Assembly: GCA_000999715.1 (NCBI GenBank)
Contig: LCGL01000001.1
Span: 387,139 to 451,138, forward strand
Source: Candidatus Falkowbacteria bacterium GW2011_GWF2_43_32
GTDB lineage: Bacteria > Patescibacteriota > Patescibacteriia > Patescibacteriales > UBA12465
Direction: 5' to 3'
DNA length: 64,000 nucleotides
In this document: positions 44,254 through 52,955 of the stretch, piece by piece
How positions within the stretch are numbered: position 1 is the stretch's first letter
Layout of the letters: each line of letters opens with the position of its first letter
Made by a program: the position numbers and the translations under genes
Notes under the pieces: model-generated
Seen by the model: only the letters and a program-made list of their open reading frames with translations
Told to the model about the DNA's origin: nothing
Database searches by the model: none

Positions 44254-45234
44254 TTAGTTCAAGTTAACGAAAGCGTTAAATAAATAACCGATAATCATTA
44301 TATTGATTGTAGTAACTCCAAAGAAGTAAATAAGGAGTTTTACCTTCATCACTCTTTTTAGAATAAGAGCTTCCGGCAAAGACAGGCCGACTATCGCCAA
44401 CATGAAAGCCATCGCCGTCCCTAAGGGGATTCCTTTTTCCACCAAAGATTGCATAATCGGAATTACGCCCACGGCATTGGCATACATCGGCACGGCGACG
44501 ATAGTCGCCACCGGTACGGCTAAAAGATTTTCGGCGGTGATATAATTTTCAAAAAAACCGGCCGGCACGAAACCGTGGATGGCGGCGCCGACGGCAATAC
44601 CGATTAACACGTAAGGGGTGATTTTTTTTGTCATGGCTAAACCTTCTCGCCAAAATTTAAACAATAATTTTTTGCGAGACAATTTTTCCGTTTTTATTTC
44701 CAATTTGTCGTTTTTTATTTTCCGAACATAATCGGTCACGTATTTTTCCAATTTTAATTTGCTTAAAATAAAGCCGCCCACCACGCCCAATGAAACGGCG
44801 GCGACGACATAAAGAACCGTCACTTTCCAGCCGAATAAGCCGGCAAACAAAACTACCGCTACTTGATTAACCAATGGCGATACGATTAAAAAAGACAAGG
44901 TAACGCCCAAAGGAATGCCGGCCTCCAGAAATCCGATGAACAAAGGGATGGAAGAACAAGAACAAAAAGGAGTGATTGTGCCGAATACGGCGGCCAATAA
45001 ATAATCCAGACCATACCATTTGCGCGAAGCCAAAAAGTCGCGCAATTTTTCTATCGGCAAGTAATGGCGAATAATGGCCATTAAATAGTTAATCGCCAAG
45101 AGCAGTAATAATATTTTTAAAGAATCGTAAATAAAAAAATTAACCGAGTCGCCTAAATGAGAGCCCTTAATTAAATTGAAAAGGCCATAAGATAAGTAAT
45201 CGGCCGTTAATTCTAAAGGGTAAAAAATGTTCAT
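44254..45234 (-). CDS. Predicted permease (COG0701/ArsP_1-type)
   Basis: Polytopic membrane protein with the family-typical TPFCSCSSIPLF motif. Confidence 0.7.
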   Translation of the reverse strand: MNIFYPLELTADYLSYGLFNLIKGSHLGDSVNFFIYDSLKILLLLLAINYLMAIIRHYLPIEKLRDFLASRKWYGLDYLLAAVFGTITPFCSCSSIPLFIGFLEAGIPLGVTLSFLIVSPLVNQVAVVLFAGLFGWKVTVLYVVAAVSLGVVGGFILSKLKLEKYVTDYVRKIKNDKLEIKTEKLSRKKLLFKFWREGLAMTKKITPYVLIGIAVGAAIHGFVPAGFFENYITAENLLAVPVATIVAVPMYANAVGVIPIMQSLVEKGIPLGTAMAFMLAIVGLSLPEALILKRVMKVKLLIYFFGVTTINIMIIGYLFNAFVNLN

Positions 45235-45412
45235 AATGATTAATTGAATAAATGATTGATTGAATGATTTTGTGTTTTCGTCGCCCTGTTGGCGGCAAAT
45301 GAAATTAGATGAAACAACGGTATTGACATTATTTAATTATGGGTATATACTCATAATAGGCAATGAGCAAAGGTCGAATTGCCGCTCTAAAAAATAATGT
45401 TATAATAAACAT

Positions 45413-45652
45413 ATGCCAAGAATGAATGGAACGGGTCCGATGGGTCAGGGTCCGATGACCGGACGAGGCTTGGGCCGATGTGCTACCGGAGCCAGGATGA
45501 TGGGACGAGGACAAAGGATGATGGGTGGAGGTTTTCGGGTGTCTTTATCCCCTCAAGATCAGCTTAAAGCCCTGCAAGACGAAGAAAAAGCGTTACTGGA
45601 AGAATTGGCGGCGATTAAAGCCGAGCAGGCGACTTTGGAAAATCAGAAGTAA
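45413..45652 (+). CDS. DUF5320-family small protein
   Basis: MPRMNGTGPMGQGPMTGRGLGRC N-terminus plus a C-terminal coiled-coil, as in DUF5320. Confidence 0.65.
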   Translation: MPRMNGTGPMGQGPMTGRGLGRCATGARMMGRGQRMMGGGFRVSLSPQDQLKALQDEEKALLEELAAIKAEQATLENQK

Positions 45653-45743
45653 AAGAAGGTTTGAGGCCGGCCTCTTGAAAATAAGGGGCCGGGAAAACCT
45701 GTTTTAGTGAATAACCGTTAATAACAGTATTATCTCAATATTT

Positions 45744-46019
45744 ATGCCCAGACCGCGACTGTGCCGTCGAGTAGTATTCAATCCCGCGATTACTTATTTT
45801 AAACCTCAGGGCGTTCCTTTGAGGAAGCTTGAAGTGGTGGAATTGACTTATGAAGAGATGGAAGCCTATCGTTTGCGTCATACCAACGGTTTTGACCAAC
45901 GAACGGCGGCTAAAAAAATGGCCACCTCGGTCAGCACTTATCAACGCATTTTTTATTCGGCCGGTCAAAAAATTGCCGATGCGCTTATCAATGGTAAAGC
46001 GATAAAAATTATTAAATAG
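45744..46019 (+). CDS. DUF134 (UPF0251) predicted DNA-binding protein
   Basis: MPRPRLCRRV...FKPQG......L..EE.EA.RL....G..Q..AA..M..S..T..R....A..K.A.AL..GKAI.I pattern. Confidence 0.7.
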   Translation: MPRPRLCRRVVFNPAITYFKPQGVPLRKLEVVELTYEEMEAYRLRHTNGFDQRTAAKKMATSVSTYQRIFYSAGQKIADALINGKAIKIIK

Positions 46020-46036
46020 AACCATGTCTGGCGGAT

Positions 46037-47260
46037 TTATATCTGGCCGATTTTTTCGCCGTTCGGTTTTCCGACGGCGTCTTTTTTAAAGCTGAATAAT
46101 AGAGCGGCGACGAGAGCCGTGCCGGCTCCGAAGAAGAAGGGGGCCTGAGGATTGATATAACTCCATAAAGCGCCGGCGATGACTGATGCGCCCAATACGC
46201 AAAGACCGGTAATCATTTGATAAGCGCCGAAAGCGGCGCCGGATTTGCTCGGGTCTATCGTTCGACCGATATAGGCGCGACTGATACCGTCATTCAAGGC
46301 CATGTAGAGTCCGTAAAACGGGAACAAAACCCAAATCCAAAAGTTATTTTGAGTTAACCCCAATCCCAAGTATATCAAGGCGAACATCCAAAAGCTGGCG
46401 GCCAAAATTCTTTTTGGGCCGATTTTATCGCTGAGCACGCCGATGGGATAGGAGAAAATCGAGTAGCTGATGTTATAAAGGACATAAGCGGCGACCGTTA
46501 AGGTAATCGTCAAGCCCAAATCTTGTGCGCGCAAGATTAAGAAAGCATCGGAACTGTTGCCGATAGCGAAAATTAAACTGACGATCAGAAAAAATTTTAA
46601 ATTCTTGTCTAATTCTTTCCATTTAAATTTCAAATTTAATTTTTTGGGCGCGGCGGCCTCGTTAACGACCGTAACAATCGGTTTCTTTTTTTCTCTGACA
46701 AAAATAATCAGCACCAGAACGCCGATGACCGAGGGAATGAAGGCCAAGAAGAAAATGGTGGAATAATTGTCTTGGAAGACGGCAATTAATGCCAGAGACA
46801 ATATGGTGCCGACGACCGCTCCCAGACTGTCCAAGGAGCGATGCAATCCGAAAGCGCGTCCGCGTTTTTCCGGCGGAACGCTTTCTAAAATCAGGGCGTC
46901 TCGCGCCGCCACTCGCGTTCCTTTGCCGAAGCGGTCGATAAAGCGGGCAAAAAGTACAAAGGGCCAAACATGGGCAAAACCCAATAACAGCTTGGAAACG
47001 CCGGATAAAGAATAACCGATGGTGACAAAAATTTTTCTTTTTTTCAGGTGATCGGAAATCCAGCCGGATACCAGTTTTAATAGGCTGGCCGTTGATTCGG
47101 CTACGCCTTCGATTAAGCCGATGACTGACGCCGGCGCGCCCAGAACAACCTTTAAAAAAATCGGTATAATCGGATAAATCATTTCCGAGGCGATGTCGTT
47201 AAAGAGGCTTACTAAGCCCATCGCCCAAACATTACGCGGTAATTTGTGATTATTTTCCAT
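46037..47260 (-). CDS. MFS transporter
   Basis: 407 aa, about 12 TM helices, loop motif D(R)FGK(G)TR between TM2 and TM3. Confidence 0.75.
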   Translation of the reverse strand: MENNHKLPRNVWAMGLVSLFNDIASEMIYPIIPIFLKVVLGAPASVIGLIEGVAESTASLLKLVSGWISDHLKKRKIFVTIGYSLSGVSKLLLGFAHVWPFVLFARFIDRFGKGTRVAARDALILESVPPEKRGRAFGLHRSLDSLGAVVGTILSLALIAVFQDNYSTIFFLAFIPSVIGVLVLIIFVREKKKPIVTVVNEAAAPKKLNLKFKWKELDKNLKFFLIVSLIFAIGNSSDAFLILRAQDLGLTITLTVAAYVLYNISYSIFSYPIGVLSDKIGPKRILAASFWMFALIYLGLGLTQNNFWIWVLFPFYGLYMALNDGISRAYIGRTIDPSKSGAAFGAYQMITGLCVLGASVIAGALWSYINPQAPFFFGAGTALVAALLFSFKKDAVGKPNGEKIGQI

Positions 47261-47384
47261 ATGTTAGTTTAAGTAATAAATAAATATCGGTTATTTAATT
47301 TTAACTCGGTCTATTCTTAAAGTCCAGACGATCGCCTGTCGGGTTCCGGTATTTATGTTATAATGGGAGATATTTATTAATTTT

Positions 47385-48194
47385 ATGAAACATCCTCAAT
47401 CCGTCGGCTTGGCTCTCGGTTCCGGCGCTTTTCGCGGTTTTGCGCATATTGGCGTGATAAAAGTTTTGGAAAAGAAAGGCGTCGCCATCGATTATATTGC
47501 CGGTTCCAGTATCGGCGCTTGGATTGCGGCTTATTATGCCGTTTTTCAAGACATTCGGCGCTTGGAAAATGATTTGTTGGCCGACCCCAAAGGCGGTTTG
47601 GCCGCTTTTATCGACCCCAGTTTGATCGGCGGATTTATCGGCGGGCGCAAATTAAACAGTTATTTGGAAAAAAGTTTGGGGCGGCACAGTTTTTCTTCTT
47701 TAAAAATTCCTTTGCGGATTGTGGCCACGGACTTGATCAGCGGTCTTCCGTTTATTTTTAAAGAAGGCGACGTGGCCAAAGCGGTTCGGGCCAGCACGTC
47801 CGTTCCTTTGGTTTTCCGGCCGGAATCGTATCAGAATAAGTTGTTGGTTGACGGAGCACTAAGCAATCCGGTGCCGGTCGGCGCGTTGAAAGAAATGGGC
47901 GCGAAGTCGGTTATCGCCGTCAATCTTTATCACAGAAACGAGTTCGTCAATCGTAAATTTACGATGTCCAAAATTGCTCTAAGAAGCATGCGTATCGTTA
48001 TTCACAATTTGGCGAAAGTGGATATTAAGGAAGCGGCAGCGGTTATTGAGCCGGATTGTTCGCCGTTCATCAAAAAAGAAGGCTGGGGAAAATATTTTAC
48101 GACCGAAGTGATTGCGGCTTTGATTACGATCGGCGAAGAAGCGGCGGAGCGAGCCTGGCCGGCGATTGAACGGGCGCTGGCCGAAGGGAAATAA
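47385..48194 (+). CDS. Patatin-like phospholipase
   Basis: Oxyanion GSGAFRG, nucleophile elbow GSSIG (GxSxG), and a DGA(L) catalytic Asp motif. An extended -10 TGTTATAAT lies at 47356-47364. Confidence 0.85.
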   Translation: MKHPQSVGLALGSGAFRGFAHIGVIKVLEKKGVAIDYIAGSSIGAWIAAYYAVFQDIRRLENDLLADPKGGLAAFIDPSLIGGFIGGRKLNSYLEKSLGRHSFSSLKIPLRIVATDLISGLPFIFKEGDVAKAVRASTSVPLVFRPESYQNKLLVDGALSNPVPVGALKEMGAKSVIAVNLYHRNEFVNRKFTMSKIALRSMRIVIHNLAKVDIKEAAAVIEPDCSPFIKKEGWGKYFTTEVIAALITIGEEAAERAWPAIERALAEGK

Positions 48195-48201
48195 GCTGTT
48201 T

Positions 48202-49239
48202 ATGAAATATAAATTTTATACAACTTCGCAAAAAGCTTGGGACGGGATGTTTGAAGCGATGGCGGCGGCGCAACAATCCATTTTTATTGAAATGTACATT
48301 TTTGCGGATGATACGCAGATAACGCATGATTTTTTAGGGTTGTTGAAAGACAAGGCGCGCGCCGGTTTGGAAGTTGTAATTATTGCCGACGCTTATGGCA
48401 GCGCTTCCTTGCGAAACAGCGCGGTGGACGAACTACGTTCGGCCGGTGCGGAATTCATTTTTTTCAGTCACTGGTTGCGACATACGCATCGCAAAATTTT
48501 AATCGTTGATAACGCGGTGGCCTTTATCGGCGGAGTGAACATTGAAGAAAAAATTCGGCATTGGCGCGATTTGCAAATCAGATTGCAAGGCCGGATTGTC
48601 AGACCGTTGTTGAAGTCCTTCGCCTATACTTATGAAATGGCGGGCGGCAAAAAGGAAAATATTTTGCAATACCGTCGCTTGCCTTTGATTAAAAAAATCA
48701 AATCCTGGATTACGGATAATTTGACGGACGCCGATAAAACTTATCATTTGAGCGGGTATTATCGAAAAAAAATTATTGCCGCGCAGACATCCATCTTGAT
48801 AGTGACGCCTTATTTGTTGCCGCCGCGTTGGTTGATTGCTTTGTTGGACGACGCTTGTCGCCGCGGGGTTAAAGTAGAAGTTCTTATTCCGCGGGATACG
48901 GACGTCAAACCTTTAAACAAGATTAATTATTGGAACGCCTGTCGGTTGGCCGATTACGGGGCGGAAATTTATTTGATGCCGTCCATGAATCATGCCAAAA
49001 TAATGTTGATTGATCAGGAAGAGGGTGTAATCGGTTCGCAGAATATTGATATTTTGTCTTTTCGGTTGAATGTCGAGGCGGGCGTCTTTTTTCGGCAAAA
49101 AGATTTGGTTAACGATTTGCAACATCTCGTGACGGAATGGAAAAAAGAAGCGACGCTTTTAACAAGCACGCCGGATAAGATAAAATGGTTTGATAAAATT
49201 TTAATCCGGATCTTAAAAATTTTTTATCCGATATTTTAA
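48202..49239 (+). CDS. Phospholipase D / cardiolipin synthase-like protein (two HKD motifs)
   Basis: HRKILIVDNAVAFIGGVN and HAKIMLIDQEEGVIGSQN. Start at the ATG at 48202, 8 nt after the patatin stop. Confidence 0.8.
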   Translation: MKYKFYTTSQKAWDGMFEAMAAAQQSIFIEMYIFADDTQITHDFLGLLKDKARAGLEVVIIADAYGSASLRNSAVDELRSAGAEFIFFSHWLRHTHRKILIVDNAVAFIGGVNIEEKIRHWRDLQIRLQGRIVRPLLKSFAYTYEMAGGKKENILQYRRLPLIKKIKSWITDNLTDADKTYHLSGYYRKKIIAAQTSILIVTPYLLPPRWLIALLDDACRRGVKVEVLIPRDTDVKPLNKINYWNACRLADYGAEIYLMPSMNHAKIMLIDQEEGVIGSQNIDILSFRLNVEAGVFFRQKDLVNDLQHLVTEWKKEATLLTSTPDKIKWFDKILIRILKIFYPIF

Positions 49240-49303
49240 GACTTGTCTTTTGTGCCGGTTTCCGCTATAATAGCGGCAACATTAATTTTTAAATTTAACT
49301 TCC

Positions 49304-51793
49304 ATGGCCGATAGTTTTATTAAGATCAAGGGGGCGAGAACCAATAATTTAAAAAATATCAGCCTGGACATTCCCCGCGACAAGCTGGTGGTCATTACCG
49401 GTTTGTCGGGTTCGGGCAAATCTTCTTTGGCTTTTGATACCGTTTATGCCGAAGGACAGCGGCGTTATTTGGAATCATTATCTTCTTACGCGCGGCAATT
49501 TGCGGGTTTGATGGACAAGCCGGAAGTGGATTTGATTGAAGGGTTGTCGCCGGCGATTTCTATCGATCAACGCGCCGCCATGCATAATCCCCGGTCTACG
49601 GTCGGCACGATTACGGAAATTTACGATTATTTGCGTTTATTATATGCTCGTTCCGGAACGCCTTATTGTCCGCATTGCGATTTGAAATTGAAGAAAGCGG
49701 CGGAAGAGAAAAAAACCGTCAAGAACATTCGCGGTCGGGACATTAAATCTACCAAGCTGGAGAGATTTTTTTATTGTCCGTCTTGCGATTATCGCCGTCC
49801 GGAATTGGAGCCGCGCGATTTTTCTTTTAATTCCGCCAGTGGCGCTTGTTTGGTTTGCGGCGGTCTGGGAACCAAGGCGGAAATTGATCCGGAATTGTTG
49901 TTTAATCATAATCTCAGTATTTTGGAAGGAGCGATCAAACCTTTGGCCCATACGAACTCCAACGGTAACGGTCTATTTTTGGATTTGAATGAATTGGCGA
50001 CGCGTCATAATTTCAGTTTGCGCGTGGCCGTTAAAGATTTGGCGCCGGAGAAATATAAATTAATTTTGAAAGGCGACGGACAATTTCCGGGATTGTTGGC
50101 TTATTTGGAAGAAAAATATGACGGCACCAAATCCAATTTCGTCAAACAAGAGATAGAGAAAGTGATGCGCGTGTCTTTGTGTCCGGCTTGCCACGGTGCT
50201 CGTCTTAAAACGGAATCGTTGACGGTAAAAGTCAACGGCTTGTCCATTGCGGAAATCAGCAATAAAAGCATTAAAGAATTGTTGATATTGTTTGACGGTT
50301 GGTTGAAAAAGCCCGCCGTTTTGAATGGTGGCGCTAAAATCGGCGAACCGATAATCAAAGAAATGGTGAAGAATCTGGGATTTTTAAGCGATGTCGGATT
50401 GGATTATTTGTCTTTAAGCCGCAGTGCCGTCACTTTGTCGGGCGGCGAGGCGCAACGGATTAGGCTGGCTTCTCAGGTCAGCTCAACTTTGAGCGGCGTC
50501 TTATATGTTTTAGACGAACCCTCGGTCGGTTTGCATCAGAGAGATAACGATAAATTAATCGCGACGTTGAAAAATTTACGCGATAACGGCAGTACGGTTA
50601 TTGTGGTGGAACATGACGCCGCGACTATCTTGGCGGCCGATTGGTTGGTGGATATCGGGCCGGGTGCCGGTGATCTCGGCGGAGAGGTGTTGTTTACCGG
50701 AACACCGGACAATATTAAAAAATGCGCCGGTTCTTTGACCGGAGCTTATTTGTCCGGTAAAAAACAAATCAGAATTCCCGAGAAATTTCGGGCCGGTAAC
50801 GGTCAAGCGTTGAAAATCATCGGTGCGACCGAGCACAACTTAAAAAATATTGATGTGGAGATTCCTTTGGGAAAACTGGTGGCGATTACCGGCGTTTCCG
50901 GATCGGGCAAATCCACTTTGATGAACGATATTCTGGCCAACGCGCTTAATCGTAAATTTTATCGCGCCAAAACGGAACCGGGGGCGCACCGATCTCTCGT
51001 CGGCCTGGAATTTATTGATAAAGTGATTGATATTGATCAATCGCCCATCGGTCGGACGCCGCGCTCCAATCCGGCGACTTATACCGGTCTGTTTACCTAT
51101 ATTCGCGATTTGTTTGCCGATTTGCCCGAAGCTCGGGTGAAAGGCTTGGGGGCGGGACATTTTTCTTTCAATGTTCCGGGCGGGCGTTGTGAAAATTGTT
51201 CCGGTGACGGCGTGATTAAAGTGGAGATGCAATTTTTATCCGATGTATATTTGACTTGTGAAGTTTGCGGCGGACGCAAGTTCACGCCGAAGGTCTTGGA
51301 TGTTTTATATCAAGGAAAGAACATCGCCGAGATATTGGATATGACCGTGGCCGAGGCGCGAGAATTTTTTCACGGTCATTCGGCTTTGAGCCAGAAATTA
51401 AACACTTTGGAAGAAGTGGGGTTGGGTTATATCAAGCTCGGTCAGAGCGCTACGACCTTTTCCGGCGGAGAAGCCCAGCGCATCAAATTGGCGACGGAGT
51501 TGTCGCGTCGGGCGACCGGAAAAACTTTGTATATTTTAGACGAGCCGACGACCGGTTTGCATTTTGCCGATATCGATCGCTTGTTAAAAGTATTGAATAT
51601 GTTGGTTGATCAAGGTAATACCGTTTTGATTATTGAACATAATTTGGATGTCATTAAATCGGTGGATTGGGTAATTGATTTGGGGCCGGACGGCGGAGAC
51701 GAAGGCGGTTATTTGGTGGCTGCCGGCACGCCGCCGACGGTGGCGAAGACCGTTAAAAGTCACACGGGACGGTATTTGAAGGAAGTGTTATAA
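49304..51793 (+). CDS. uvrA: Excinuclease ABC subunit A, short form lacking the UvrB-binding insert
   Basis: Two ABC modules (GLSGSGKSS; GVSGSGKST), signatures LSGGEAQR twice, zinc modules. 829 aa. Only about 45 aa lie between CPHC and [17 protein letters not shown]. Confidence 0.85.
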   Translation: MADSFIKIKGARTNNLKNISLDIPRDKLVVITGLSGSGKSSLAFDTVYAEGQRRYLESLSSYARQFAGLMDKPEVDLIEGLSPAISIDQRAAMHNPRSTVGTITEIYDYLRLLYARSGTPYCPHCDLKLKKAAEEKKTVKNIRGRDIKSTKLERFFYCPSCDYRRPELEPRDFSFNSASGACLVCGGLGTKAEIDPELLFNHNLSILEGAIKPLAHTNSNGNGLFLDLNELATRHNFSLRVAVKDLAPEKYKLILKGDGQFPGLLAYLEEKYDGTKSNFVKQEIEKVMRVSLCPACHGARLKTESLTVKVNGLSIAEISNKSIKELLILFDGWLKKPAVLNGGAKIGEPIIKEMVKNLGFLSDVGLDYLSLSRSAVTLSGGEAQRIRLASQVSSTLSGVLYVLDEPSVGLHQRDNDKLIATLKNLRDNGSTVIVVEHDAATILAADWLVDIGPGAGDLGGEVLFTGTPDNIKKCAGSLTGAYLSGKKQIRIPEKFRAGNGQALKIIGATEHNLKNIDVEIPLGKLVAITGVSGSGKSTLMNDILANALNRKFYRAKTEPGAHRSLVGLEFIDKVIDIDQSPIGRTPRSNPATYTGLFTYIRDLFADLPEARVKGLGAGHFSFNVPGGRCENCSGDGVIKVEMQFLSDVYLTCEVCGGRKFTPKVLDVLYQGKNIAEILDMTVAEAREFFHGHSALSQKLNTLEEVGLGYIKLGQSATTFSGGEAQRIKLATELSRRATGKTLYILDEPTTGLHFADIDRLLKVLNMLVDQGNTVLIIEHNLDVIKSVDWVIDLGPDGGDEGGYLVAAGTPPTVAKTVKSHTGRYLKEVL

Positions 51794-51817
51794 ATATTAT
51801 TGATTAAAATTTTAAAA

Positions 51818-51840
51818 GACCCGATGATCCGGGTCTTTTT
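51818..51840. terminator. Bidirectional intrinsic terminator
   Basis: AAAAGACCCG-ATGAT-CGGGTCTTTTT. Confidence 0.6.
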
Positions 51841-51860
51841 GGTTTCTGATATCATTTTTT

Positions 51861-52358
51861 TTATAAATCGGCCACAAGTTTTAATTCCAGTTTTTCCGTG
51901 GCCGTGTCCAGGGTGGCGAAGGTCGCTTGATGAAAAGTTCCGGCGATATTGCCGGGATTAACGACGATGGCGGAACCGCGTTTGGAGAGCCAGGGTTTGT
52001 GAGTGTGACCGTAAAAAATAAAATTTAAATCTTGCGGCGCTATTTCCGACAGTTCGGAAATTTTTTCCGGTTCGTGGCAGAGGCCGATGTGCAAGCCGCC
52101 CAACTCGATGATGCCGAGCTCTCCGCAGTAGCGGATATTTTTACATTTATCCAGATCGTTTTCGCGGTATAATTCGATATTTCCACGAATTACAAAAATC
52201 TCGCCGTTGAAATTAGCGGCGAGCCAAGCGGCGGTTTCTCCGGTAGTCATATCGCCGCAACAGAGAATTTTTTCTATTTTGTGATTACGGCACCAAGACA
52301 GGCATTTGTCCAAATTGGCGAGATTGTCATGGATGTCGGAAATGATGGCGATGAACAT
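51861..52358 (-). CDS. YfcE/MJ0936-family metallophosphoesterase
   Basis: Motifs ISDIHDN, CCGDM, RGNIE, LCHEP, YGHTH. Confidence 0.8.
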   Translation of the reverse strand: MFIAIISDIHDNLANLDKCLSWCRNHKIEKILCCGDMTTGETAAWLAANFNGEIFVIRGNIELYRENDLDKCKNIRYCGELGIIELGGLHIGLCHEPEKISELSEIAPQDLNFIFYGHTHKPWLSKRGSAIVVNPGNIAGTFHQATFATLDTATEKLELKLVADL

Positions 52359-52370
52359 ATTGTCGAACGT

Positions 52371-52946
52371 TTATTTTTTACCGCGCAACTTTATTTCATA
52401 AGCCATTTGTTCCAATTTTCTGAGATGGCCGCGCGCTTGATCGTATTTGGTGCGAAGATAACCGGTTAAATCAAAATCAACCAGCTGGGCCATAATGTCA
52501 TCGGCAATTTTTTTTATTTTGGCGACGTCGTTGAATTTTCCGGCGGCGGCGCGGTTAGTGGCGTAGCGGACCAGTTCGCCGATCAGGTCGCAGATGCCGC
52601 CCAGATAACCCTCGTAATCCAAATCCAAACTTGATATGGCGGAGATTTTTTTGCCTTTGATCGTCGCGTGAAAAGTACTGGCTTCCAAATATTCTTCCAC
52701 GGCGGCTTTATAGGCCCCTTCGCGATTCAGGCGCGCCGCGCCGAAACGGGCTTGCAAATCTTTTAAAGCTTTTTCCGCGTCGTTGAGTTTGACGACGGCC
52801 GATTTAAAATCTTGGCGTTGCAGAGCGAAGATGGTTTTTTTGGCTTCAAATAAAATATTATTGGCGGCGCTGATGATTTGTCGGCGTTGCGATTCGTTGG
52901 CTTGGTAGTCTTTTTTTAATTTTTCTAAAAATTCGGTCTCGATCAT
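52371..52946 (-). CDS. Translin-family protein (tentative)
   Basis: All-helical 191 aa with EEYLEA....YLGGICDLIGELVRYA, which resembles the translin core (Y..G..D.TGEL.R). Confidence 0.45.
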   Translation of the reverse strand: MIETEFLEKLKKDYQANESQRRQIISAANNILFEAKKTIFALQRQDFKSAVVKLNDAEKALKDLQARFGAARLNREGAYKAAVEEYLEASTFHATIKGKKISAISSLDLDYEGYLGGICDLIGELVRYATNRAAAGKFNDVAKIKKIADDIMAQLVDFDLTGYLRTKYDQARGHLRKLEQMAYEIKLRGKK

Positions 52947-52955
52947 AAAATTTGA

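Noticed and set aside
45329-46025. ORFs 45329..45514 (-), 45525..45707 (+) and 45735..46025 (-)
   Set aside because: They are antisense to, or out of frame with, the DUF5320 and DUF134 genes, which have recognisable family N-termini (MPR..GTGP; MPRPR.CRRV).
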